From a virus (lineage: Duplodnaviria > Caudoviricetes): 64,000 bases of DNA. The stretch covers positions 32,001-96,000 of IMG/VR virus record IMGVR_UViG_3300037067_004891. One strand, written 5' to 3'. The notes beneath the pieces were generated by a model. The model worked only from the letters and a program-made list of their open reading frames with translations, was not told the DNA's origin and did no database searches. The position numbers and the translations under genes are program-made. Position 1 is the first letter of the stretch; each line of letters starts with the position of its first letter. Below are positions 52,434 to 63,219 of the stretch, in pieces.

Positions 52434-52829
52434 ATGATTAAACAAGATTTAATCGATATTATTCTAACATCGTTTGAAAGAGAAGACATAAAACAACTCT
52501 TGAAAAATGATATTTTAGGTGATTATTGGTATAATATTAATAAATCATCAAAAGATCATTCAACTGGTTTTTGTTATCTTGCTTCTGAAATGTATTATTT
52601 TTTAGATGGTAAATCTAAAAATTGGTGGTTTAAAGAAATAACAAGTCCTGAACATCTTCCATATAATGGAAAACATTTTTATTTAGAAAATAAAGAAACA
52701 GGTGAAATTTTAGATATTACTAAATCTCAATTTGGGGATATTAAAATACCTTATCATTTATCAAAAAATAAAGGTATAAGGTTTATGTCAAAGAATTGTA
52801 GAAAAATTAAAGAAATACTCGGTTTATGA
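52434..52829 (+). CDS. hypothetical protein with Cys/His motif, C-terminus truncated by miniature IS
   Basis: 'TGFCYLASE...HFYL'; stop TGA supplied by the element end. Confidence 0.5.
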   Translation: MIKQDLIDIILTSFEREDIKQLLKNDILGDYWYNINKSSKDHSTGFCYLASEMYYFLDGKSKNWWFKEITSPEHLPYNGKHFYLENKETGEILDITKSQFGDIKIPYHLSKNKGIRFMSKNCRKIKEILGL

Positions 52830-52905
52830 ACTACCACTAAGCTAAAAGGCTTAGTGGTTTCAGAAACGAAACCGAAGATTTCGTGGTTCTCTTTTAATAA
52901 AAAAT
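52827..52905 (-). mobile_element. miniature IS200/IS605 derivative with both end hairpins
   Basis: TGAACTACCACTAAGCTAAAAGGCTTAGTGG (right end) joined to CGAAACCGAAGATTTCG (left-end hairpin as at 15244). Confidence 0.85.
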
Positions 52906-53533
52906 ATAGATTTTGATAATTGGAAAGAACACAATTTTTAAATATCCGTTTTCTCTATTTGTAAAGTATTTTTATCAGATAAATTATAAAATTTAATAAG
53001 ATTATTATTATAATCGATTATAATGTCAAATGTGTATAATCCTTTGGCTATTTTATCCTTAACAAAGGCTTCTAATTCTGAAAGTTTAATATTGGTTTCG
53101 TTTTCGAAATCTTCCGTTTCAATTTGAATATTATTTAAATCTTTTTTCATTTCTTCTTTTTTTAGACGTAACCATTCCATTAATTTAAGAACCATTGAAC
53201 CCCATTTATCTGATCCTTTTCTAAATTCACTATATCGAACGATTTCTTTATCACCATTTGATATTTTTTCATCGTCATCATCTTCTATTAAACCAATATC
53301 TTCTCTGGATATATGTGGAATATTATTAATATATTCTTCAAATTTTTTTGTGTAACTATCTTGTATATGTTCAAGTATAATTTTTTCGATTGCAGCTTTA
53401 GATTGTTGAAATTTTTGTGCTGTTTCTAAAAGCGCATCATCGAATTCTTTGCCCTCTATTAATTTTTCATTATAAAAATATTTTATTGCTTGTATATTAA
53501 GAGCAGGAAAACTATCATATTTATCTAAATTCA

Positions 53534-54136
53534 TTATTTAATATTTCTTTTTGTGATATAAAATTTTACCCCAAGTTCCTCATCTTCATATGTATATTCT
53601 CCAAATTTCGGGTCTTCATCACCATCTCGATATATTGATATGTAACCACTCTCTATACTTTTTTGTGATAATGGAGCTAACATACCAAAAGATTCATGTG
53701 CATGTATATTACTATAATCCAATTTATTATTAGTCATAAATTCAATTACCCTATCAACAAAAGATGTCAAATATTCATCTACAATTATTTGTAATCCATT
53801 TATAGCATGGTCAGCTATTATACCAGTTAAATCATCAAATGATGTTTCTGGACATTTTGTTCCGTTATATTCTTCTTCGTAAATACACAAATTTAATTGA
53901 TCATCAAAACTAAAACCAGCTAAATCTGTACCATCAACATTAGTATTTGATTCCATTATTTCTCTAAAGACTTCTTCATTCGTTATGTTTTTTCCACTGA
54001 TTTGTTCAACAGATGATATAATCACTCCTTTAACAGCTTCAATCACATCATAATCTTCTCGAACTTTTGTTAAGAATTCGTTTACGGATTCTAAACTTTC
54101 ATTGATTGTGAATGAACTAAAATTTTTAATTTTCAT
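53534..54136 (-). CDS. acidic protein with capsid-targeting-like N-terminus
   Basis: MKIKNFSSFTINE. Confidence 0.5.
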   Translation of the reverse strand: MKIKNFSSFTINESLESVNEFLTKVREDYDVIEAVKGVIISSVEQISGKNITNEEVFREIMESNTNVDGTDLAGFSFDDQLNLCIYEEEYNGTKCPETSFDDLTGIIADHAINGLQIIVDEYLTSFVDRVIEFMTNNKLDYSNIHAHESFGMLAPLSQKSIESGYISIYRDGDEDPKFGEYTYEDEELGVKFYITKRNIK

Positions 54137-54804
54137 AATACGAAATTATTTTTCATTATATATAAAAAATAAAAAGTGAAAAATCTTATCAATTTTCCAC
54201 TTTTGAAATAAAAACATAAGTGTTGGTTTTATATTGTGGTTTTCAATAATCGTTTGAATAATATGGTTTTACAATTTGTGTATTTATCCGTTTCTGTAAA
54301 TGATATATGTTCATCAACTTGAATATTATTTATTACTTCAATAAATACCCAACCAACTTTAGCTATTTGATTAATATAATATAACTCTGTATTATTTTTC
54401 TTAAAAATCATAATTGTTTCTATTAAAACACCATTAGTTATAGTTACATGAGTAATTATTTCTGTTGTTTTTGTTTGTTCTGTTTCATTACCAGACACGA
54501 CTGATGTTTCACTTTCGATAGTTAAATAAGCATATTCTTCTGTTTGTTTTGTTGTATTGGTTAATAATTGCCCAAATGTGTTTAAATATAAACCAATAAA
54601 AATAAATGATAAAATTAGTTGTTTCATTGTATTTTATATATTTCATGTATTATTTTAAATGTTTCGTAAAAGTATATAAAAATACATTTAAATATAACAA
54701 ATTAATAAGTTTTTTTTCAAAAAAATTTTATATTTTTTGTTGAAAGAAACTCGTTAAATTTTTAGTTTAATGAATGATTTTTAGTTACTAAAATTTTTGA
54801 ACGT

Positions 54805-56220
54805 TTACCAAGTTTTACCTTTTTTGGATGTGTCTAAAAGTATACCTTTTTTAGTATTTTTTTCTTTTTCTTCATAATTATTTTGACTGGTTATACCAAA
54901 GAAGTCGTCATTATCACTTACGATTTTAACATCATCACCAATTATACCAGTTTCTCCAACTTTTGCAAGTCTTAATATACCATCGGGCATTTCACCATTC
55001 ATAATACCACCATAAAAGAATGACATTGATATCATACATTGATTATCAACATTGGAGTTTTTTATTTTACATTTGAAAGCATCTGTTGCAAGCATCTGAG
55101 AACTATTAATCATAGTGTTGTTGATTGTACAGTTGATAAATTTACAATTATTAAAAACACCACCATTTATTGTACTATCGATAATAGTCCAATTATTCAC
55201 ATCAAATATTCCTGTAACCGTAGCATCAACAAGTTCAAATTCTTTTTTATCAGTATCATAATTGATTGTACAATTATTTAAATTGAATGTATTTGATATC
55301 AAATCGTATAAATCATCAAATAGATCATTATAATGAACATTTAATATTGACAACGATGACATTCTATCAATTTCCAAATTGATTGTCGGAAAGTTTCCAA
55401 TGAAGTTATCTAAATTGTTGAAATTTTTATAAACATTAATATTTTTACTCAGATAGTCCTCTAACTCATCAATATCATCATCAGTGAGAACTTCATCAAT
55501 ACAGTTCCAAGATAATATTATGAAATAATCCATTAATTGTAATATTTCATTGGTTTTCTTTTCATAATCTGTATGACCAATATATCTAAATTCCAATCTT
55601 CCATCTGATAAAACCATAAAATTAATACCATAATATCTATCATTATCTGGTAATTCTAAACTTGATTGTAGTATATTCAAAGCATCTGAGGCATAATTAA
55701 ACTGTTTAAATGGAATTATTCTTTTAACAGATTTAGCATAATAATTATCTCGTCTTTCTGGAAAGAATTTATAAATATGCTCTTCGTCTACATTTAAAAT
55801 TAATTTGAGTCTATTTACTTTATCAATTGTTTTACCTTCTTTATTATCATCAAATGATATATTTATATGTATTGAGCATTTTTCATTTGTATATCCAATC
55901 TCTTTAATAAGTTGTAATGATTTCAATAAAACTATCCGAGCAAAATTATATTTTATTTTACCTGTGATAAGTTCAACCATTGAACTACCACCAGAAAAAT
56001 CAGGAGTTATTAAATAATTTGTTTCTGTTGGTTTTGTTTCAGGATGGTATTTTCTAAAACCTTGTACTTGAATATTTAATTCTCTAAATGAATTATTTAA
56101 TTTTTCTAATAATTTATAATAAGATATATTTTGATTCGTAAAAAATTCAAATTCAAACCCTATAAAAGCATTTTTAAGAATATTGAAGTCGTTTAAATAC
56201 TTTGATGAGAAATCAGACAT
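54805..56220 (-). CDS. putative amidoligase (COOH-NH2 ligase) family protein
   Basis: GFEFEF, ELIT, CSIHINISF, RYYGINF, LEFRYIG. Confidence 0.78.
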   Translation of the reverse strand: MSDFSSKYLNDFNILKNAFIGFEFEFFTNQNISYYKLLEKLNNSFRELNIQVQGFRKYHPETKPTETNYLITPDFSGGSSMVELITGKIKYNFARIVLLKSLQLIKEIGYTNEKCSIHINISFDDNKEGKTIDKVNRLKLILNVDEEHIYKFFPERRDNYYAKSVKRIIPFKQFNYASDALNILQSSLELPDNDRYYGINFMVLSDGRLEFRYIGHTDYEKKTNEILQLMDYFIILSWNCIDEVLTDDDIDELEDYLSKNINVYKNFNNLDNFIGNFPTINLEIDRMSSLSILNVHYNDLFDDLYDLISNTFNLNNCTINYDTDKKEFELVDATVTGIFDVNNWTIIDSTINGGVFNNCKFINCTINNTMINSSQMLATDAFKCKIKNSNVDNQCMISMSFFYGGIMNGEMPDGILRLAKVGETGIIGDDVKIVSDNDDFFGITSQNNYEEKEKNTKKGILLDTSKKGKTW

Positions 56221-56303
56221 GTTAAATTGTTAATATTTTTTAGTTATATATTAATTTTAAGAACGCACAAATTGAAATATATAAAAATAAAATTATAATA
56301 CAT

Positions 56304-56981
56304 ATGAATATTGATTTAGCAATTGTTATACAAACATGTGATAAATATGATATATTTTGGAATGCTTGGTTTAAAAGTTTTTGTGAGTATTGGGATTTTG
56401 AGTTACCATATAAAATATATTTTTGTAATGAAGTATCTGAATTACCTTTTAAACATGATAAAATAACACAACTAAAAACGGGCATAAATGAATTTTCAGA
56501 TAGATTGTTATTTATATTAAATAATATTCCCGAAGAATATTTATTTTATATTCAAGAAGATATCTGGTTAATCAAATCAATAAACATCGCAAAATATTAT
56601 TCTGATTTTGTGAAATATAATTTTGATTCATTAAGAATACCAAGAGATTATAATAGATTTTACAAACTAATACAACATATTGAGGGTGATTATATACAAT
56701 TAGACAACGTTTTTAGTGGATTTTTAGTAAGTCATCATCCCAGTTTTTGGAAAAAATCTTTTTTTATTAAATGTATGTGTAAGGGTGAAAATCCTTGGAT
56801 GAATGAAACACTTGCTACTGAAAGAATTCGTAAAATAAATCCCAGAATATTTACAATAATAAAAACAGTTAAATGGTATTTTGAAGTTTCCAAATGTGGA
56901 TATTTAAAAAAATGTGGAGTAGACGTATTAAGAAAATATAAAATTTTTAACGAATTTCCAATTGGAAGAATTGATAAATAA
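56304..56981 (+). CDS. glycosyltransferase-like protein
   Basis: 'TCDKY...W', 'YLFYIQEDIWL', 'ENPW.NE'. Confidence 0.55.
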   Translation: MNIDLAIVIQTCDKYDIFWNAWFKSFCEYWDFELPYKIYFCNEVSELPFKHDKITQLKTGINEFSDRLLFILNNIPEEYLFYIQEDIWLIKSINIAKYYSDFVKYNFDSLRIPRDYNRFYKLIQHIEGDYIQLDNVFSGFLVSHHPSFWKKSFFIKCMCKGENPWMNETLATERIRKINPRIFTIIKTVKWYFEVSKCGYLKKCGVDVLRKYKIFNEFPIGRIDK

Positions 56982-57618
56982 TAATATAAACTAACACTAA
57001 ACTAAAGATTAAGTTAAGTGGTTTCAGAAACTAAAAAGTTTTGGTTCTTTTTCACAGAAATTATAGAAAAATTGAACTTTATTTTTTAATATATACAAAA
57101 AAATAATATTCGAATATGGAAATAATAACAATTTTGTTGATTTTAGTTTTAGGTGTTGCATTAGTGGGTGGTTTCGCAGGAGCTATAGTTTATTATAATA
57201 AATTTAAAGCTGTTTCTTTAAAATTAAAAGAATTTGCAACGTTTATTACAACTGCTTTTTCTGATAAAAAAATAGATGCGACTGAAAAAGAAGCTATTCT
57301 TCTTAAAATAGAAGAACTTACTCCTTTGATTAAAGAAATACTTTCTGATATTAGTAAAGATGCTGCTGATTTAGACACCAATTTTACTAATTTTGTTGAA
57401 AAAATAAAAGTTATTCTTTCAAAGAAGAAATAAAAAATATTTCATTTAAAACATGTTATTAGATAGTGGCTCGATAGAAAACTCTAACATTGATTCTGAA
57501 AAAACTATTGACAGAACAATTGAGGAAAAAAAATTTAAAGAAGGTTTTATAAAGAAATATCACCTAATTTTAACTGAAAAGAAACAAGTGTTTGTTTAAA
57601 TTTAGTTAAAAACTTTAC

Positions 57619-57665
57619 GAATTTTAGCCGTAAAGCCCCTCGCCTTCAGGCGGGAGAGTATGTCA
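57619..57665 (+). mobile_element. miniature IS200/IS605 derivative of a second family
   Basis: TTTAC|GAATTTTAGCCGTAAAGCCCCTCGCCTTCAGGCGGGAGAGTATGTCA; GC-rich hairpin ending GTCA. Confidence 0.65.
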
Positions 57666-57989
57666 GATATGATATATTAATTATATACTTGGGTATATTG
57701 TTGATTGTCTAATTAATATAAGAATCATTTATAATTCAACAATTTTGAAGAATTATAAATGATTTTTTTTTTTGAATATATATCAAAAATTCCAGTGCTG
57801 AAGTTGTATTTAATAAGATTGTCTTCTTCAAGTTCAGTTAAATATTCACCAAGAGTAAACCCAATACCAATTCTTAATATACCGCCACATTCTATTATTT
57901 CTTGTTGAATTTCAGAATATGTAAAACTATTTCTATTTAATAAATGATGTTTTACTACTGATAATGTTATTTCATGCTGTGTACTCATA

Positions 57990-59156
57990 TTATAAGTAAT
58001 TAATTATTTCTTTTTTACCATCTAAATACATTATGTCGAATACATCCTTGGAGAAATATTTTTCCATTTTTAATAAATCATATGGCGGTTTTTTAGTTTC
58101 AATAGCCAGTTTGTTTAAATCTTTTATTTTATCTAATCTTTTTTGCGCTTCATATTTATTCGTCTTGTGTTTTAAAATATCTCTGAATAATAATTTCCAT
58201 AAAAAAACTTGATACCCTTTTTTTAACATTTTAATAGAATTTTTATAACCATCTGCATCATTATCATAAAATAATCGAATTTTAATACTTTCGTCATTTA
58301 AAATAAATGTTATATCTGTATTAACACCAACGACACCAATACTATTTGGAAAAAAAATAGAATCAAAATATCCTTCAAATATGGTAACTTCTTCATTGAA
58401 ATTTATATTTAAAACATTGATAAAATGTGATAATTTGTTATAGGCTATTGCTTCAAATTCATCCAATGTTTTATCAAAATGTATATTATTATATATTTCA
58501 CTGAATTCTATTATATGATAAAATCTTTTCTTTTTTTCTTCTTTTAGATTTCTTAATTGCATACCAAGTAATAGATTTTCATGTCTATTTAGTATGATTA
58601 CAACTGGTTCTTTCCAAGTATCAGAAAAATGATAAACACCTTCATATAAATTTGGGTCGTTTTTTATATTTCTATTTAAAAATAAATATTGATACACAAT
58701 ACTACCTTGTTGAACAGGTTTTATATTTGTTAATTTGAGGTCTGGGTGAGTATTATAAAAATCAGCGACTTCATCTAAATTTAATAGTTTATCAAGTTTT
58801 GTTATAATAAAATCATCATCACCTTTTTTATAATATGTATTATTATCGATATAGTCATACATTTCAAGACGTTTTTCAATATCGATATCAACATCAAATG
58901 TTTCACATAATTTAACAAATGATGTGTGATGTCCACAATTGAAACATTTGTACATTAAATTTTTAAAATATAAATTACCTCTTTTCCGAGATATTATTTT
59001 TTCCGAATCTCCACAAATAGGACAGGCAAAATTTAATCGGTCAAAATGTTCTCTAACTTCTTTTTTTTGTGGATGTTTATGAGCTTTGTTAACAATATTT
59101 GATATTTTATCTTTTAAATATTTTTTATCAAGAATATATTGTTTTGTATCTTCCAT
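57990..59156 (-). CDS. DNA primase, T4 gp61-like
   Basis: CPICGDS...YKCFNCG zinc domain; TOPRIM 'FEGYFDS', 'YDNDADG', 'KDLN'. Confidence 0.9.
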   Translation of the reverse strand: MEDTKQYILDKKYLKDKISNIVNKAHKHPQKKEVREHFDRLNFACPICGDSEKIISRKRGNLYFKNLMYKCFNCGHHTSFVKLCETFDVDIDIEKRLEMYDYIDNNTYYKKGDDDFIITKLDKLLNLDEVADFYNTHPDLKLTNIKPVQQGSIVYQYLFLNRNIKNDPNLYEGVYHFSDTWKEPVVIILNRHENLLLGMQLRNLKEEKKKRFYHIIEFSEIYNNIHFDKTLDEFEAIAYNKLSHFINVLNINFNEEVTIFEGYFDSIFFPNSIGVVGVNTDITFILNDESIKIRLFYDNDADGYKNSIKMLKKGYQVFLWKLLFRDILKHKTNKYEAQKRLDKIKDLNKLAIETKKPPYDLLKMEKYFSKDVFDIMYLDGKKEIINYL

Positions 59157-59267
59157 TGTGTGATATATATTTTATATTTATATAATCAAAAAAAGAAAAA
59201 GTTGGATTCTTTAATTAAATATATAAATATGTAATTAATATGTAAATATAAAAAATAATATTATTTT

Positions 59268-59447
59268 ATGGAACAAGAATTAATCCGAGAAACTGGACTT
59301 ACAACAGATGATTTACAAGATTTAAGAGAAACTTTTTTATCTCAATATGCAATAAAAAAAGGCTGGAATGCTAATAATTTGTCTATTGAACAATTGAATG
59401 AAATAAAAAATCAATCTGGTTATAAAACACCCTTGTTATTATCTTAA
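59268..59447 (+). CDS. small hypothetical protein (59 aa, not in ORF track)
   Basis: MEQELIRETG...KTPLLLS*. Confidence 0.55.
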   Translation: MEQELIRETGLTTDDLQDLRETFLSQYAIKKGWNANNLSIEQLNEIKNQSGYKTPLLLS

Positions 59448-60008
59448 TTAAGTTTTGTTTATTTAGTTGGTTTTTCGTATATTTGTTTTAAGAAAAATAT
59501 TAAAAATATATGAAGCCGACTAAAGAAACAAAAACAATTTATAAAAAAATCTTAATCACTTCTTTATATCGGGACTTCGATCAATTTAGTCATGAAATAA
59601 GTGATTGCGTTTATGATTCATATAATTATTATGAAATTATATACAGAAAAGAAATAGATAAACTTATACAAATAACAAAAACAGGTCAACATTTTTCATA
59701 TAACGCATTGATGATATTTACGATGAATAATATTAAATTAAGGAAATTAAAAATCAAAGAAATTCTAAACGATTAAAAATGGAAAATTTTAAACTATTAA
59801 CAGAGAGAAGGTCTGTGATTCTTAAAAACTTGGATTACTCTCTTAAAGTTGGGAATCGTGATAAATACAATTCTTATAAAAAAGAATTGGAAGAAATTGA
59901 TTCGAAAATTGAAAAATTGGAAAAGGTTAAAGAAACTAATTCACACCCATACTATTTTTAAACTTTTTATATAGTTTTAACTATCTATATTTAAAAAATT
60001 ATATCATC

Positions 60009-60695
60009 ATGAACTATAATAAATTAATATTCTTTGATATCGAAACTGTAGGAAAATATCGAGATGTTGATGAATTGAAAAAATCTGACAAAAGACTATA
60101 TAAGTTATTAGAAAAAAAATTCAAGAATACAGGTGATAAAGAACGCTGGGAAAGCGGAACAATTGAAGAAATGTATTTTCGAATGTCACCTATTATACCT
60201 GAATATGGAAAAATTGTATGTATTAGTTTGGGGTATGACGATGATGATGGTAAATGGATTATAACATCATTAACAGGAGAAGAATCAGATATACTTAATA
60301 ATGTTCAAAAAATATTTTTAAAATCTGGAAAAGCTGGTTATGTTCCATGTGGTTATAATGTTATTTTATTCGATTTGCCTTGGATTAATAAAAAAATGAT
60401 AAAACATGGAATTCGAATTCCATATAATATACAATTATTAGATAAAAAACCTTGGAACACTGGAATTTTAGATTTATCTGATAGTTGGAGAACAACAGGT
60501 AGATATTGGAGTTCGTTGGATGAAGTAACATATGAACTGGGATTGACATCACCGAAAGATGAATTGTCGGGCGATAAAGTTCATGATACCTATTGGAATA
60601 AAAATGATATCAGCAAAATTGCTAAATATTGCGAAGGCGATGTTTTTGCATTGAAAGAAACATGGGATAAGATATCTAAATGTATAACTATATGA
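60009..60695 (+). CDS. PolB-related 3'-5' exonuclease (DnaQ-like)
   Basis: FFDIET, GYNVILFDLP, YCEGDV. Confidence 0.88.
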   Translation: MNYNKLIFFDIETVGKYRDVDELKKSDKRLYKLLEKKFKNTGDKERWESGTIEEMYFRMSPIIPEYGKIVCISLGYDDDDGKWIITSLTGEESDILNNVQKIFLKSGKAGYVPCGYNVILFDLPWINKKMIKHGIRIPYNIQLLDKKPWNTGILDLSDSWRTTGRYWSSLDEVTYELGLTSPKDELSGDKVHDTYWNKNDISKIAKYCEGDVFALKETWDKISKCITI

Positions 60696-60740
60696 ACTAC
60701 TACTAAACTAAAAATTTAATGAATTTCTTTCAAGAAAAAT
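60693..60740 (-). mobile_element. degenerate miniature IS200/IS605 derivative
   Basis: TGAACTACTACTAAACTAAAAATTTA...TTTCTTTCAAGAAAAAT|ATAAA. Confidence 0.7.
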
Positions 60741-61842
60741 ATAAATGAAAATATGGCTAAAAGTATAGAATTCTTAAAAAAAGAATTGAAAAAAAATATT
60801 TCATATGCTGAAACACATATTCAGAATTGTTATAAAGAAATGAAACAATACAACAATCTACCTAATGATTGTGTTGGATATAAGTTCCCTGATGGTATAA
60901 TTTGCGAGAATAAAGATTTAAAAATTGATATGTTAACAAATTATCAACATCAAATAGGTTATATGGAATGTTTAAAAAATCATAGTAAAGATGTTTTAGA
61001 TTTGCTAAATATGTCAGATATACAATTCGAAATTCATCAAGAAGAACAAAAGAAAATAGATGAACATAATAGGAGAGAAATGTTAAGAGTGAAAAAATTT
61101 ATTAATGACAAAAGAAAATAAAAATATTTCTTTATATATTGATAATATTTTAATTGATATATTTTATCATGATGATGAATCATTTGTTAATGAATACGCA
61201 TATAAATTATACATATTAAGAATAAATAGTCTTGATATAGAACCACAATGGAACAAAGCTGCCTTTATCACTATGTGGAGAACATATGAACATTATTTTT
61301 ATGAAGCTAAAAAAATTCTTCGAAAATTAAAAATAAAAAAAATATATGATATTTAACAAAAAAAGTAAACATATATTGTAAGAAAAACTGAAAGAATATA
61401 TAATAAAACTACTGCTGATTTAAAGATTTTGTGATTTCTTTCAAGAAAAATATAAAAAGATGTAGAAAAATAGAATTGGCTGAAGAATGTCTAATATAAA
61501 TAAAAAAGATGATGTCGTAAACATCATTATATCAAAAGTCGATGAATATAATGAAGAACAATTGGAGTTGTATCACAAACACCGATTAGATAAAAGACGA
61601 AAACATGTGATGTTGGATGAATATGTTATTTTGACAAAAAAATTATCTCCAAGAAAACGTGGATATGTGTTTACGATTAATGAAGAAGCACAATTCAATT
61701 TAAATAAAAAAAAAACAATCGAATTATTAAATGAAAAAATAAAAAATATATGATATTAAACCAGAATATGAACATACACTTTTTCTTCAAAATATCAAGA
61801 ACGAAACAAAAATATAAACAAACATCACTTTACAACGACTTT

Positions 61843-62220
61843 TTATATTTCTTTATTCCAAATCCCTTTTTGAATAGCTACTTCTTTTAGTGTGTTTTTA
61901 AATTCATAACCTCTAATAGGCTTTCGAACATGTTCATCAAAAATACTATTCCCGTCTAAATCTTTAACACTCAATGCTGATAAGGCTATAATAACACTAT
62001 CTGGTTTGATTGTTCGTATAGCTGTTGTTGCTTTCCACCCATCAATATCAGGCATCATGATATCCATTATTATTATGTCATAATCTTTTTCTAATGCCAT
62101 ATTGATACCTTCTTGTCCAGATTTAGCGCATATAATTGTAAAATTCTCATTATATTTAAATATATCGGTAACTAACCCCCTGAAAACTCCATCATCTTCA
62201 ACATATAATACATTAATCAT
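61843..62220 (-). CDS. stand-alone CheY-like response regulator receiver
   Basis: VLYVEDD, MDIMMPDIDG, ALSA, KP; start at MINVL. Confidence 0.92.
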   Translation of the reverse strand: MINVLYVEDDGVFRGLVTDIFKYNENFTIICAKSGQEGINMALEKDYDIIIMDIMMPDIDGWKATTAIRTIKPDSVIIALSALSVKDLDGNSIFDEHVRKPIRGYEFKNTLKEVAIQKGIWNKEI

Positions 62221-62545
62221 ACTTAATATTTGTTTTTTTATTGATAAAAAATATAAATAATATTTCAATCACACAATATATATTAAATATTTTTTAATAT
62301 ATCATTTAAATAATTTATTGTTTCATTTTTAGTTTTGAACCAAGTAAAAATACCCGTGTGGTCGAAACAAATGAAACCATTTTGTCTGATTGTATTATTT
62401 GTGGTTATTACAAAATACTTCTTAATATCAAGTAAAATACCTTTTTTGATATCAGAGTTCATCTTTTCGGTTTGAATTTTATTAAATTTTGTAATTGACA
62501 TTATTTCCATTATTCATATATTTTTATTTTTCTTTTCGTAACTTT

Positions 62546-62986
62546 TTATTTTGTTAAATATATAAAATCTATTGAATCATCTGTTGAGAGTTGATAGTCA
62601 GCCACTGAACCAATCCAATATAATTTATCATTTTTTTGTTCTTCTCCAGTATTTCTTTTTGTTATTCCATCATCACCAGAAAAATAACAAGCAGCAGTGT
62701 TACCAGAACCAAGATTGACAATTAAACCATTTATATTAACTATAATAATACTATGTGGAATATCTTCTATTATATTACTACAAGCCAAATCACCATCAGT
62801 TGTTGTGATCAAAGCTGACATATTTAAATTAGTAATTGAGTATTTGATTGTATTACCACTAATTGAATTGATATATTCAATAGTTGCAGGTGTATTCGAA
62901 GAACTACCCGAATTCGGTGTAGTTAAATTGAATTTTTCTTGTGTTAATGTATAATCAAGTATTTGTTTCGATTTAATCTTAGTCAT
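62546..62986 (-). CDS. virion structural-type protein
   Basis: MTKIKSKQI start; ends DFIYLTK, a motif also present in the partial ORF at the window end. Confidence 0.5.
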   Translation of the reverse strand: MTKIKSKQILDYTLTQEKFNLTTPNSGSSSNTPATIEYINSISGNTIKYSITNLNMSALITTTDGDLACSNIIEDIPHSIIIVNINGLIVNLGSGNTAACYFSGDDGITKRNTGEEQKNDKLYWIGSVADYQLSTDDSIDFIYLTK

Positions 62987-63219
62987 TTATAATGTTATTG
63001 TTTTTTCACATATTCTTCTAATGTTTGTAGATTTAATTCTTTTATTTTAATATTCATATCTTCCTCACTATCAAAAAAAACAACTTTGTGAATCGTTCCC
63101 ATATCAGCATAATCAAAATATTTGTTTATATGGATGATTTTGGTTTCTTCTTCATAAACCAAAGTCCATAATTCATTTATAATTATTTTTTTTATTGTTT
63201 TCATTATACTTATATATTA

